The notes: generated by a model not told the origin, from the sequence alone. Positions 20,117-30,705 are shown, numbered from the stretch's first letter. The stretch: 64,000 nt of DNA from Candidatus Bathyarchaeota archaeon (GCA_963775465.1 CAVZIW010000008.1:64001-128000), one strand, 5' to 3'. Translations and numbers: made by a program.

Positions 20117-20980
20117 ATGTCACGAACTAACTTAATACTTGAGCAAGCAGTTCTTTTTGACAAAAATGATTCAGTGAAACATGAAGTCGAAATTGCATTG
20201 GGCGCCCTCAAAGAGTTTAATCAAAAATATCCCTTTGCCGAAAATCTTCAAACAATAGAGTGGCTAGATCCCGATAAACTCTTTAAACTAAATCCTGATG
20301 AAGTCGGAGAATTCTTCCTTTTTCTACAAAGCTATCTTAAACCATTCACTAACACAACTCTAAGTAAATCTAACATCTACCGCAACGCACGCCTCCAAAT
20401 AAAAGAATTCAAAAACCTACTTCGAATAACAGTAGACAACCGAAAATCTTTAGCTCAAAAAATAGATGCTCCCTGGGACAGAATCGGCGGATTTGGACAA
20501 GACAAGCAACTTGCTAAAAAAATCATATACTGCCTCAACTACAAAAACCCAACGATCCTCCCTATTTTTAGCAACCAACACCTGAGATTTTTTGTTAACC
20601 GAGTGGTCGATTCGCCAAATCTGCAACCAAAGTACCTCTCGCCAGGACAAGAATATGAAAATTATACTGCAGACATTTTAAATGCTAAAAATAGTCTGCC
20701 TCTAACTCGAGCATGGAACAATATGTACTTCACACGGTTCCTATACAAAACTTTTCCACCGCCAGACAGCGAATCCTCCTCATTACCTGAACAAAGAAAA
20801 ACAACAATCATCACAGAAGAACAACTAGATCTTCAAGGTTTCATGAAACTGCTCGGTGAACTCCAAACACAGCAAAAAATCACAGGGGAACAATTCCGAG
20901 AAAACCGTACCTTATGGATGAAACAACCCACCGAACGCGAAGCATTAACTAAACGCCTAAAGCAAAAACTTCAAACATAG
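20117..20980 (+). CDS. Hypothetical protein
   Basis: Long ORF with a TATA-like element upstream. No confident family assignment. Confidence 0.7.
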   Translation: MSRTNLILEQAVLFDKNDSVKHEVEIALGALKEFNQKYPFAENLQTIEWLDPDKLFKLNPDEVGEFFLFLQSYLKPFTNTTLSKSNIYRNARLQIKEFKNLLRITVDNRKSLAQKIDAPWDRIGGFGQDKQLAKKIIYCLNYKNPTILPIFSNQHLRFFVNRVVDSPNLQPKYLSPGQEYENYTADILNAKNSLPLTRAWNNMYFTRFLYKTFPPPDSESSSLPEQRKTTIITEEQLDLQGFMKLLGELQTQQKITGEQFRENRTLWMKQPTEREALTKRLKQKLQT

Positions 20981-20988
20981 CTTGAAAT

Positions 20989-21066
20989 TGGCGGGCCCGA
21001 CGGGAATTGAACCCGCGACCTACGGATTAAGAGTCCGCCGCTCTGGCCTGACTGAGCTACGGGCCC
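20989..21066 (-). tRNA. tRNA-Lys(CTT), CCA encoded, no intron
   Basis: GGGCCCGTAGCTCAGTCAGGCCAGAGCGGCGGACT-CTT-AATCCGTAGGTCGCGGGTTCAATTCCCGTCGGGCCCGCCA folds as a cloverleaf. Confidence 0.97.
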
Positions 21067-21187
21067 GCTGATGTCACTTTTGAAAAAGGTTTCATTGAGC
21101 AATATAGATTTTGTGGTTTTGTTGTAGCAGCTTGATGCAGCGAAGCCTAATAACAAAGGTGGATAATTGGTTCTTGGAGAAGTTTTA

Positions 21188-22099
21188 ATGGTCGATTCTC
21201 TGGGTGAAGTTTTTCTTCTGAAAACAACAAATCGAGCGGTTGGAATCCCTGAATTAATCAATCGGATCAGCTTGTCTGATTATTCTAAAAAACAAATAGC
21301 AATTAAAGCAAATTTTAACAGCGCTGACCCATTTCCTGCCTCGACTCATTTGGACACTTTACGAGCGATTATTGGATCATTAAAGAATGCAGAAGTAGGT
21401 ACAATAACTTTGGCGGAACGCAGCGGCATGGGCAACACTGAGCACGTACTGGAGCAAATGGGCGTTTTCGCTTTATCCAAAGAACTGGGTTTTGAAACAC
21501 TTATTCTAGATAATATAGACAAAGACGGCTGGGTAAAATTCAACCGAGACAAAACCCATTGGCTGCACGGCTTCTACATAGCCAAAGTCTTCCATGACGC
21601 AGACAAAATCGTCCAAACCTGCTGCCTAAAAACCCATCGATTCGGCGGGCACTTCACTTTATCCCTGAAAAACTCTGTGGGGATGGTTGCAAAGAAAGTT
21701 CCAGGAGGAATTTACGACTACATGTGGGAGCTGCATGGATCCCCCTTTCAGCGTCAGATGATTGCGGAAATAAACAACAATTACAACTTGGACTTTGTTG
21801 TGATGGACGGCATAAAAGCATTCATCAGTGAAGGACCAGAAAAAGGAACAGTGGTTGAACCAAATCTATTATTGGCAAGCAGAGATCGAGTAGCTATCGA
21901 TGCGGTCGGAGTGGCGATTCTAAAATTGTACGGAGCTAAAGGCAAGATTGGTGAAGAAGAAATTTTTAAACAAGACCAACTCGAAAGAGCAGCAGACTTG
22001 AGCTTCGGAGTCAAATCAGCAGACGAAATAAAACTAACAGCACTCAACGATGAAACCATTGATAATGTTGAGCGAATAGAGCAGATTCTCAAAACATAA
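21188..22099 (+). CDS. DUF362 domain protein
   Basis: IKANFNS, LKTH, TLSLKNSVG, LH and DRVAIDAVG motifs. Confidence 0.8.
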   Translation: MVDSLGEVFLLKTTNRAVGIPELINRISLSDYSKKQIAIKANFNSADPFPASTHLDTLRAIIGSLKNAEVGTITLAERSGMGNTEHVLEQMGVFALSKELGFETLILDNIDKDGWVKFNRDKTHWLHGFYIAKVFHDADKIVQTCCLKTHRFGGHFTLSLKNSVGMVAKKVPGGIYDYMWELHGSPFQRQMIAEINNNYNLDFVVMDGIKAFISEGPEKGTVVEPNLLLASRDRVAIDAVGVAILKLYGAKGKIGEEEIFKQDQLERAADLSFGVKSADEIKLTALNDETIDNVERIEQILKT

Positions 22100-22234
22100 T
22101 TTACGCTCATATGTAAAATTTCACCATTTTCAGATAAATTACAACTATTAATTTTTAAAAAACTAGAAAATTGTTGGAACAAAAAAGAATCCTTATTATG
22201 ATTTTACACTCTTCAATCTTGAGGAGGTTTACTC

Positions 22235-22732
22235 ATGTTTAATGAAAAAATTATTTTAACCCCAATTGGCTATATCAAAACTGATGCGAAGGGTGATGAA
22301 GTTAGAGAAAAATTGCATCATTCAAAAATCATAGTTAACAGAAATTTGGATGCTGCTTTAGATGGGATTTCTGGTTTTTCGCATCTATTTGTGATGTTTT
22401 GGTTAAACCAGATAAAAGAAGAGCAACGTTTAATGTTGAAGGTTCATCCGAGAGGGAGAACCGATTTACCTTTAACAGGTGTTTTCGCTGTAAGAACTAT
22501 GCTTCGTCCAAACCCCATCGGGCTAACTTTGGTGGAGTTAATTGTAGTCGAAGACAATGTTTTGACAATTAAAGGACTAGATGCTTACGATGGTACTCCA
22601 GTATTAGATATTAAGCCTTATGACCCATGGGATACAGCTGAAAATCCAAGGGTTCCGGATTGGTGGCTAAACTTAGAAAAAGACAAAAAATACGCTAAAG
22701 CAAATCGCCAACCCCGTATTTGCCGTCAATAG
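22235..22732 (+). CDS. tsaA: TsaA/TrmO-family tRNA methyltransferase
   Basis: PIG, GVFAVR..RPNPIG and GLDAYDGTPVLDIKPY motifs. Confidence 0.88.
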   Translation: MFNEKIILTPIGYIKTDAKGDEVREKLHHSKIIVNRNLDAALDGISGFSHLFVMFWLNQIKEEQRLMLKVHPRGRTDLPLTGVFAVRTMLRPNPIGLTLVELIVVEDNVLTIKGLDAYDGTPVLDIKPYDPWDTAENPRVPDWWLNLEKDKKYAKANRQPRICRQ

Positions 22733-23195
22733 CTTTCAACATAGCTTTTCTAAGGGGTTCGCCTTTCATTTCCTCGGTTTTCAGTTTTCCAACTGTTTTA
22801 GCCAGCTCTGGATCCTTTAGAGCATCACGCAACCAACTCTCAAAATCGCCTCTGTACAGATGGAATTCTATGGAATCAGTTGTAACCTGCTTTATTTGTC
22901 TATAGAACTCTATCAATGAACTTGCAGAGAAACCTAAGGGTTTATCGACACTTACGTAGAAATTAAAGCTCATTTCACTTGAAATATGTGTGGATATTTT
23001 AAGGGCGTTTTTGCCTTTTTCTGTTAAGCCGTAACCACCGCCGACCTTGCGTAGAAAGCCTTCCGCGGCAAGTTCTTGAACTTGCTCTATGGCTTGGGTT
23101 GGTTCTAGGTTTACCGCTTGTGCAAACATATGTATGTCCATTCGGTTGGTGGCTTCGTTCATCGTTTTTAGAATTTTGATTTGTTCTTCCTTCAA
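22695..23195 (-). CDS. wHTH + DUF5752-like domain protein
   Basis: N-terminal wHTH (Y.LTEKG) and C-terminal SIEFHLYRGDFESWL..L.D.ELA. Confidence 0.65.
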   Translation of the reverse strand: MKEEQIKILKTMNEATNRMDIHMFAQAVNLEPTQAIEQVQELAAEGFLRKVGGGYGLTEKGKNALKISTHISSEMSFNFYVSVDKPLGFSASSLIEFYRQIKQVTTDSIEFHLYRGDFESWLRDALKDPELAKTVGKLKTEEMKGEPLRKAMLKAIDGKYGVGDLL

Positions 23196-23321
23196 GAAGT
23201 TTCGCCTCTTAGTACATTTATTATCTATTATTAGAGAAATTTAAATGTGTTAATGTCATTTCAACAAAAATGAATAGGAATTCTTTTACTTTCAAAAACC
23301 AATATGGGACGGGGTCAATCT

Positions 23322-23642
23322 ATGAGTACTCGTTACGTTTTGGTTTTGGTTACCACAAAAGATAAAATAGAAGCTGAAAAAATCGCGCAGAAACTTTTGA
23401 AAGAAAAACTTGTCGCATGTGCAAATATAATTGATCCTGTTACTTCACATTTCCATTGGTCGGGGAAAATCGACGAATCCAAAGAGTGTTTAATAATCAT
23501 GAAATCTCGAATAGATCTTTTTTCTGAGCTAGCTGGGATTGTAAAGGATTTGCATAGTTACAAGGTTCCCGAAATTCTAGCCATCCCGATTGTAGTTGGT
23601 TCGGATGATTACCTAACTTGGATTAATGAAACTCTCAAATAA
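23322..23642 (+). CDS. cutA: Divalent-cation tolerance protein CutA
   Basis: LVACANI, S.F.W.G, HSYKVPEILAIP and YLTW motifs. Confidence 0.9.
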   Translation: MSTRYVLVLVTTKDKIEAEKIAQKLLKEKLVACANIIDPVTSHFHWSGKIDESKECLIIMKSRIDLFSELAGIVKDLHSYKVPEILAIPIVVGSDDYLTWINETLK

Positions 23643-23650
23643 CGTACACA

Positions 23651-23706
23651 TGTACAAAAATGTGCAAATAAGCCTTAAATAGTACAGTTCTGTATTGATG
23701 TGAACT
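23651..23706 (+). promoter_or_regulatory. trp operon promoter with phased TGTACA-like (TRP-box-like) sites
   Basis: TGTACA 23651, TGTGCA 23661, TATA-like CTTAAATA 23674, AGTACA 23681 and TGTATT 23691 fall in a 10-bp register. Confidence 0.6.
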
Positions 23707-23725
23707 AACACGGAGATCGACTGCA

Positions 23726-25122
23726 ATGGGGAATCGTCTTTGGCACAACCAAACCAAAAAACAAACTACATATTAAAAAAATCAACCTAAGCCAAACCCC
23801 ACTAGAAATATTCTCAAAACTCCAAAAAAAATACCCAACAGTCTACCTCCTCGAGTCTATCGAAGGACCACAAAAACTAGCCCAATACTCCTTCATCGGA
23901 TTTAATCCAAAGACCACAATTCAAATTACTAAAGGCAAAGCAAAAATAACCGACACCCAAACCCAAAAAACCACAACTGAACAGACAAACGATCCTCTAA
24001 AGCTGATCCAAAAACTACTCGAAAAAAATTCTCTTCAACACACTCAACTAAGATTTGTTGGAGGCGCAGTAGGCTACATTTCTTATGACGCTATTCGCTA
24101 CTGGGAAAATCTACCTCATAAAAACAAGAATTGTGATTTTCCAGACATAGAGTTTGGAATTTTCGAGGACGGCCTAATAATAAACCATATCGAAAATCAG
24201 GCTCTATATTATCATCGAAATGAAAATAGGCTTGCAGAAGTTGAAGATCTACTAAAAAAGCCTTATGAGCCCAACTTGCTATCTTGCACTCACCCAAAAG
24301 TTGAAACCACTAAAGAAAAATATGAAAAAGCAGTTGAAAAGGCCAAAGAATACATCAATGCAGGAGACATCTTCCAAGTTGTCCTCTCCAAACGTTTTCA
24401 ATTTAAACTGCAGGGAAGCCTAATTCCCTTCTATGAAGCGCTTAGAACAATCAACCCTTCCCCATACATGTATTACCTCAAGTTTGGTAAACATCAAATC
24501 GTTGGCTCTAGTCCTGAAATGCTTATCCGCGTCGACAATCGCATGGTCGAAACTTTTCCAATTGCTGGCACTAAACCCATTGCCAAGACACATGCAGAAA
24601 ACTCCAAATTAGCTACTGAATTACTCGCTGATCCAAAAGAGTGTGCAGAACATGTTATGCTTGTGGATCTTGCTCGAAATGATCTTGGTCGAATTTCAAA
24701 ATACGGCACAGTTAGCGTACCAGAGTTTATGAAGGTTCACCAATACAGTCACGTTCAGCATATCGTCTCACAAGTTGTTGGAGAACTAAAAGACGAGCTG
24801 CAAAGTTATGATGCAGTTAGAGCAGTGTTTCCCGCAGGAACCGTTTCAGGGGCACCGAAGGTTCGCGCTATGGAAATCATCGATGAACTTGAAACATCTG
24901 CCTAGAGGACCCTACGCCGGAGCGGTCGGGTACTTCTCCTACAATGGCAATGCCGATTTTGCCATAACGATTCGCACATTATTTGCCGACGAAAACAAAG
25001 GCTACCTTCAAGCAGGGGCAGGCATCGTTGCAGACTCTGTCCCAGAACGAGAATGGTTTGAAACAGACTACAAGGCAAAAGCGCTTATAAGCGCTCTTGA
25101 AATAGCTGGGGGCAAAAAACCA
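23726..25122 (+). CDS. trpE: Anthranilate synthase component I; needs a +1 shift near 23740 and another near 24902 as sequenced
   Basis: The open frame 23709-24905 encodes YLLESIEG..LAQYSFIG, GGAVGYISYD, GDIFQVVLS, NPSPY, HVMLVDLARND and FPAGTVSGAPK. The C-terminal RGPYAGAVGY..QAGAGIVADS lies in the next frame. Confidence 0.88.
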
Positions 25123-25707
25123 CTGAAGGTTCTTGTCATTGATAATTATGATTCTTTTGTCTATAACCTTGTACAATACATTGGTGAACTGGGCGCACAA
25201 ACAATCGTTTTTCGAAATAACCAAATAAGCCTCGTAGACGCAGCCAAGCTAAAGCCTGACAGAATCGTTATTTCACCAGGTCCAGGAAACCCTGAAGACG
25301 AAAAATACTTCGGCGTTTGTACCCAAATCCTCCAAACCCTCAGTCCAGTCATCCCCACATTGGGCGTCTGCTTAGGGCACCAAGGAATAATTCACGCTTA
25401 CGGCGGAAAAATAATTCACGCCAAAAAACTCATGCATGGAAAGACCTGCACCATAAAACACAGTCAAAAAGACATATTTGCCGGAGTTCGCAATCCCTTC
25501 AACGCAACAAGATACCACTCCCTCGCGGGCTCAAGAGACTCAATCCCCGACTGTCTTGAAATCACCGCCGAAGCAATTGACGACAACGAAATCATGGCAA
25601 TAAAACACGTCAAATACCCCATTTACGGAGTTCAATTCCACCCAGAATCAATCCTATGCGAAGACGGCAAGCTTATAATCAAAAATTTCTTGGAGCGAAA
25701 ACTATGA
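25123..25707 (+). CDS. trpG: Anthranilate synthase component II (in frame with the TrpE C-terminus; CTG start or fusion)
   Basis: VIDNYDSF, SPGPG, GVCLGHQ, RYHSL and GVQFHPES motifs. Confidence 0.92.
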   Translation: MKVLVIDNYDSFVYNLVQYIGELGAQTIVFRNNQISLVDAAKLKPDRIVISPGPGNPEDEKYFGVCTQILQTLSPVIPTLGVCLGHQGIIHAYGGKIIHAKKLMHGKTCTIKHSQKDIFAGVRNPFNATRYHSLAGSRDSIPDCLEITAEAIDDNEIMAIKHVKYPIYGVQFHPESILCEDGKLIIKNFLERKL

Positions 25708-26762
25708 TGATTCGTGAAGGAATACAAAAAATCGTCGACGGCAACAACCTAAACTCGGATCAATCAAAACAAATAATGAATGAAATCATGACAGGAAAAT
25801 CGACCAACGCACAAACAGCTGCCTTTCTAACCTCCCTTCGCATGAAAGGAGAATCAACAGATGAACTAATCGCTTTCGCGTCAATTATGAGAACTAACTG
25901 CTGCACGATACACCCCAAAGTTCAAGGAAGACTAATTGACACATGCGGAACAGGCGGAGATAAAATCAAGACCTTTAACGTCAGTACAACAGCCGCATTC
26001 GTTATCGCAGGTGCAGGAATCGCAGTAGCCAAACATGGAAATCGAGCAGTTACAAGCAAAAGCGGTAGCGCTGACGTTCTAGAAAAACTAGGCTTAAATC
26101 TAAAAATGGAGCCAAAACAAATCGAAAGAGTAATCGAAAAAGTCGGCGTTGGATTCATGTTTGCCCCTCTTTTTCACCCAGCCATGAAATATGCAGCTGA
26201 AGCCAGAAGAGACATCGGTATCCGAACAGTCTTTAACGTTCTCGGACCGATGACAAACCCAGCATGCGCCGACGCTCAGCTATTGGGCGTTTATGACCAC
26301 AAAATGGTTGCAACAATCGCTTATGCGTTACAGCAACTTGGAAGCAAAGAAGCAATGGTCGTTTATGGTCTCGATGGACTGGATGAGATTTCGACAATAG
26401 GAAAATCACTCATTGCCCACTTGAAAAACGGAAAAGTTACAGAATCAGAATTCACCCCAGAAGACTTTGGAATCAAAAAAGCAAACATTGCCGATTTGCA
26501 GGCATCCACACATGAAGAAAACGCAGAAATTATAGTTAAAATCTTGAAGGGAGATTCGACAGTAAAAACAAAAACTGACATAGTATTGGTGAACAGCGCC
26601 GCCGGAATTATAGTAGGCGGGAAGGCAGATAACTTCAAGGAAGCCATCCAAATGGCAAAAGAATCGATTCAAAACGGATGCGCATATGCTAAACTCAAGG
26701 AATTGGTTGAAATAACTGGCGGAAACCCCCAAATGCTTGAGGAGATGGAAAGAGAAGGATGA
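25704..26762 (+). CDS. trpD: Anthranilate phosphoribosyltransferase
   Basis: DTCGTGGD, NVST, KHGNR..TSKSGSAD and GLDE motifs. Confidence 0.95.
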   Translation: MMIREGIQKIVDGNNLNSDQSKQIMNEIMTGKSTNAQTAAFLTSLRMKGESTDELIAFASIMRTNCCTIHPKVQGRLIDTCGTGGDKIKTFNVSTTAAFVIAGAGIAVAKHGNRAVTSKSGSADVLEKLGLNLKMEPKQIERVIEKVGVGFMFAPLFHPAMKYAAEARRDIGIRTVFNVLGPMTNPACADAQLLGVYDHKMVATIAYALQQLGSKEAMVVYGLDGLDEISTIGKSLIAHLKNGKVTESEFTPEDFGIKKANIADLQASTHEENAEIIVKILKGDSTVKTKTDIVLVNSAAGIIVGGKADNFKEAIQMAKESIQNGCAYAKLKELVEITGGNPQMLEEMEREG

Positions 26763-27535
26763 CCGACTTCCTGGATACCCTTGCAATGGATGCAACTAAG
26801 ACTGTTGACAGTGGATACTACAAAACCGATTCAAAGAAAAAACAGCCAAAAACAAGCCTTAGACAATCAATTCTCAACTGCAAACATAATTCAATCATTT
26901 CCGAAATCAAAGCTGTCTCTCCATCAATAGGAACTATACGAAACAAAATCGATACACCCCAAATCGCTCAAGCAATGGAAAGAGCAGGTTCAGCTGGAAT
27001 CTCAGTTCTAACAGAGCCTAAACACTTCAAAGGCTCCTTAACCGCACTCAAACAAGCAAGAGAAACCACGAAGCTACCAATACTCATGAAAGACATAATA
27101 ATCGTTACCGACCAAATCGAAGTTGGGGCACAAATCGGAGCCAACGCCGTATTGCTAATCCAAGCTCTTTTCGACAGAGACTGCTGTGAAATGAGTGTCG
27201 AAAAAACAATCTCTTTTGCGCACTCAAAAAGTCTTGAAGTATTGCTTGAAACCCACAGCGAATCAGAATTCCAAAAAGCTCTTGAAACAGACGCCGACCT
27301 TATTGGAATCAACAACCGCAACCTCGCGACCCTAAAAATTGACCTGAACACCACAAGACTAATTCTAGAAAAACATAAAGCACCCAATAAGCTGGTCGTA
27401 AGCGAAAGCGGAATAAAGACCCCCCTTGACCTTCAGTTTCTGCGAAGTTGCGGCGCAAACGCTTTCCTCATAGGTTCAAGCATCATGCTCACCGAGAACA
27501 TAGAAGAGAAAGTTACGGAGTTTGTATTGGCATGA
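26759..27535 (+). CDS. trpC: Indole-3-glycerol-phosphate synthase
   Basis: EIK..SPS, ISVLTEP..F.GS, LMKD, GINNRNL and ESGI motifs. Confidence 0.95.
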   Translation: MTDFLDTLAMDATKTVDSGYYKTDSKKKQPKTSLRQSILNCKHNSIISEIKAVSPSIGTIRNKIDTPQIAQAMERAGSAGISVLTEPKHFKGSLTALKQARETTKLPILMKDIIIVTDQIEVGAQIGANAVLLIQALFDRDCCEMSVEKTISFAHSKSLEVLLETHSESEFQKALETDADLIGINNRNLATLKIDLNTTRLILEKHKAPNKLVVSESGIKTPLDLQFLRSCGANAFLIGSSIMLTENIEEKVTEFVLA

Positions 27536-28728
27536 AACTAAGTAACTATCCAGTGGAAGGAAAATTCGGCAAGTTCGGCGGGCGCTTCGTTCCGGAGATC
27601 CTGATGGAAGCCATTACCGAACTCGAGAAAACTTATGGAAAAGTCAAGAAAGATCCAGCGTTCAAAAAAGAACTCAATTACTATTTGGCGGAATTCGTGG
27701 GCAGACCTACACCTCTATACTTTGCTGAGAACCTAACCAAAACTTTGGGCGGAGCAAAAATCTACCTTAAACGAGAAGACCTCGCCCATGGCGGTGCCCA
27801 CAAAATTAACAACACAATAGGTCAAACGCTTCTAGCTAAACGCATGGGTAAAACCCGCGTCATCGCAGAAACGGGAGCGGGGCAACATGGCGTAGCAACC
27901 GCCATCGCATGCGCAGCTTTAGGTCTAAAAGCAGAAGTTTATATGGGAACCGAAGACTGCGAACGGCAACGCCTAAACGTATTTCGAATGAAACTGTTGG
28001 GCGCCAAAGTTCACCCTGTAGATTCAGGCTCCAAAACACTTAAAGACTCCATTAACGAAGCATTTCGCGACTGGGTAACCAACATCGAAACAACCTATTA
28101 CCTGATCGGCTCAGTGGTAGGTCCACATCCTTATCCTTTGATCGTCCGAGACTTCCAAAGTGTAATAGGCAACGAGCTCAAAGCTCAATTTAAACAAAAA
28201 GAAGGCAAACTACCAGATGCGCTAGTAGCCTGTGTAGGCGGCGGAAGCAACGCGATTGGAACCTTCTATTCCTTCGAAGACCACAAACAAGTCGCACTTC
28301 ACGGAGTGGAAGCAGCAGGAGCAGGCATCAAAACCGGAAAACACGCAGCATCACTAGGCGCAGGTTCAGAAGGCGTCTTCCACGGAATGCTAACCTATGT
28401 ACTGCAAGACAAAAACGGCCAAATCGCAAGCACCCACAGCGTTTCCGCAGGCTTAGACTACCCTGGCGTCGGACCCGAGCACAGCTTCCTAAAGATCTCA
28501 AAAAGAGCGCAATATGCATCAATCACTGACAAGGAAGCGGTAGATGCGTTTTTAACATTGTCCAAGCAAGAAGGAATTTTGCCCGCCTTGGAATCATCAC
28601 ATGCAATTGCTTATGCTATGAAGCTAGCGCCAAAAATGAAAAAAACCCAAACTATAGTCGTTACACTATCCGGACGAGGCGACAAAGACGTAGAAACAAT
28701 CGCAAAATTCATCGGTGAAAAAATATGA
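27532..28728 (+). CDS. trpB: Tryptophan synthase beta chain (TrpB1)
   Basis: [35 protein letters not shown] and LSGRGDKD motifs. Confidence 0.97.
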   Translation: MKLSNYPVEGKFGKFGGRFVPEILMEAITELEKTYGKVKKDPAFKKELNYYLAEFVGRPTPLYFAENLTKTLGGAKIYLKREDLAHGGAHKINNTIGQTLLAKRMGKTRVIAETGAGQHGVATAIACAALGLKAEVYMGTEDCERQRLNVFRMKLLGAKVHPVDSGSKTLKDSINEAFRDWVTNIETTYYLIGSVVGPHPYPLIVRDFQSVIGNELKAQFKQKEGKLPDALVACVGGGSNAIGTFYSFEDHKQVALHGVEAAGAGIKTGKHAASLGAGSEGVFHGMLTYVLQDKNGQIASTHSVSAGLDYPGVGPEHSFLKISKRAQYASITDKEAVDAFLTLSKQEGILPALESSHAIAYAMKLAPKMKKTQTIVVTLSGRGDKDVETIAKFIGEKI

Positions 28729-29537
28729 ACGCCATAGCCAGAACATTCCAAAAACAAAACCAGCAAGGTAACGCTGTCCTAATCGGCTACATCATGGCAG
28801 GAGACCAAACACCGCAGCAAACACCAGAAATAGCTGATGCCCTTATCCGAGGAGGCGTAGACATTTTAGAATTAGGACTGCCCTTTTCTGACCCAATCGC
28901 TGACGGACCAACAATCCAAGCCGCAAGCATACGCGCTTTAACTTCAAATACAACCCCGCTGAACGTTTTAATAATTGCCAAACAAATAAAACAGAAACAC
29001 AACGACGTTCCGATCGTGATCATGACTTACTTCAATCCAGTTTTCAAAATAGGTCTCAACCTTTTCTGCCAAACAGCCAAAGAAAGCCAAGTTGACGGCT
29101 TTATTATTCCTGATTTGCCCGTTGAAGAAGCAGACGAATACAAGAAAACCGCAGAAACCTACAACATAGACACAATATTTCTAGCTGCCCCATCAACTTC
29201 AAACGAAAGATTATCCAAAATCGTTGCAGCATGTTCAGGCTTTCTGTACCTTATCTCCCATTTTGGCGTGACAGGAACCAAGTCGAACGTTGAAGACTCC
29301 ACAATTCAACTCATTAAACGGGTTAAACCTTTTACCAACGGAAAAGTCCCCTTGGCTGTAGGATTTGGAATATCAAAACCCGAACACATCAGACGAATCG
29401 TAGCAGCAGGAGCTGATGCAACTATCGTCGGAAGTTCCTTCGTAAAAATCATCCAAGAAAATACTAAGACTATGCTTAAAGACCTGCAATCAGCCGCCCG
29501 CGAATTTAAGGATGCCACTAAGATCATAGATTCTTAA
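28725..29537 (+). CDS. trpA: Tryptophan synthase alpha chain
   Basis: [26 protein letters not shown] and VGFGIS motifs. Confidence 0.97.
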   Translation: MNAIARTFQKQNQQGNAVLIGYIMAGDQTPQQTPEIADALIRGGVDILELGLPFSDPIADGPTIQAASIRALTSNTTPLNVLIIAKQIKQKHNDVPIVIMTYFNPVFKIGLNLFCQTAKESQVDGFIIPDLPVEEADEYKKTAETYNIDTIFLAAPSTSNERLSKIVAACSGFLYLISHFGVTGTKSNVEDSTIQLIKRVKPFTNGKVPLAVGFGISKPEHIRRIVAAGADATIVGSSFVKIIQENTKTMLKDLQSAAREFKDATKIIDS

Positions 29538-29585
29538 AGTCCCTTTCAGGGAAAGTATTAATGTCTCCTTAAACCAATAAGTTGC

Positions 29586-29905
29586 GGCGATGGATCTTAA
29601 GCGGTGGGTTAGGGGTCCATTGTATCCGTAAATCCTCTACATGACGGGCTGACATCTGCGGATGAGGCGTCAAAGGCCGTTTGGATCTTCATTTCCGAAA
29701 CGTTGAGTATCCGTCCTTTGAGGCTGGCGGTCAACGGGTGGTTTCCGTAGGGAAACTGCTTCGTTGTTTAGCAGGCGAAACCGGCTAGGCTCGGGAGAGA
29801 GCAACCTAAGTTTGGACGTTATGCGCTCAAGGGGGTGCGGGTATGAGTGTAGGGTTTGGGGTTTCCAGGCGGAGTCTAGGCGTCAAACCGCAGCGGTCCA
29901 TCGCT
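29586..29905 (+). ncRNA. ffs: Archaeal SRP (7S) RNA
   Basis: About 320 nt and G/U-rich. The ends pair (GGCGATGGA / TCCATCGCT, helix 1) and the helix-8 SRP54 motif CTAGGCTC-GGGA-GAGAGCAAC is present. Confidence 0.88.
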
Positions 29906-30078
29906 ACTCCAACTCCACACAAAAGCAAAGGTAAAAATGCTATTCTCGCTGGCAAAACAAAACAGTATTATTCTCGGGAAACACTCTGCAACAGTGAGCA
30001 CTTAAAACTGCATTTTACATCATGGAAGGGTTGGTAGAACAACAACAAGAATTTTTAGGTGTTGTTGTTCTAGCAGAC

Positions 30079-30627
30079 TCACTCTTTTCTATTAGACTCA
30101 TCAGAAGCCTTTCTATAAAACGCCTTTTCGACTACTCGAACATCCAAATTATGCTTAGCTGCAGTCTTCCTCAACGCAACAAGAAAACGCACATAGTTCT
30201 GAGGTGTATACAACCCCGGCGGTGCATTACCTAACACAGGCTTCCACACAGACTTATCAAAGACCCCGTACTGCTTAGGATCAAAGAATGCCAAGATAAC
30301 GCTAGCAAGCACGGGACTTATGCCCTCAAGCGTCGTCAAACAATTAATACGGTACATATCATCAGCGCCAGGTAAACTCAAAATCTGACTTGTTATCCGC
30401 ATAACCTTCTCCTCCGAATTGCGACCAACCAACTCCAAACCACGCGCCAACTTTTCAGAATCACCTTTAAACTTCCACTCAACAACACCAACCAAATCCT
30501 TACAACTAAGAAACTGGTTCTTACGAAACCTTGCACCCAACTCACGTTCACGCTGCGCCTGCCAACCAAACGCCTTGTCATACTTGCGGCTCCAAACTAA
30601 ATAGTCTGATTTATCCACACAATTCAC
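30079..30627 (-). CDS. Hypothetical protein with an HhH-like motif (LEGISPVLASVIL)
   Basis: ORF with a VEWK...L.GI...AS.IL...P..Y..FD pattern seen in HhH-glycosylase-like helical proteins. Confidence 0.6.
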   Translation of the reverse strand: MNCVDKSDYLVWSRKYDKAFGWQAQRERELGARFRKNQFLSCKDLVGVVEWKFKGDSEKLARGLELVGRNSEEKVMRITSQILSLPGADDMYRINCLTTLEGISPVLASVILAFFDPKQYGVFDKSVWKPVLGNAPPGLYTPQNYVRFLVALRKTAAKHNLDVRVVEKAFYRKASDESNRKE

Positions 30628-30705
30628 CCTTAAACCAATACAAAGTAGACGCTGCAGAATTTCACTATTTCTCTAAAAATACAAAATAAGAAAAGGAAGA
30701 TGAAG

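Noticed and set aside
17301-21066. Genomic island integrated at tRNA-Lys
   Set aside because: I found no integrase and no duplicate of the tRNA 3' end.
20971-21261. 96-aa minus-strand ORF
   Set aside because: It spans the tRNA-Lys gene and is a shadow ORF.
24900-24906. Programmed +1 frameshift or readthrough at GCC TAG in trpE
   Set aside because: There is no re-pairing codon or stimulator, and it matches the +1 error pattern seen in mre11 and cobD.
29843-30234. Short + strand ORFs in the ORF track
   Set aside because: They overlap the SRP RNA 3' end or are antisense to a real gene, and show no protein features.
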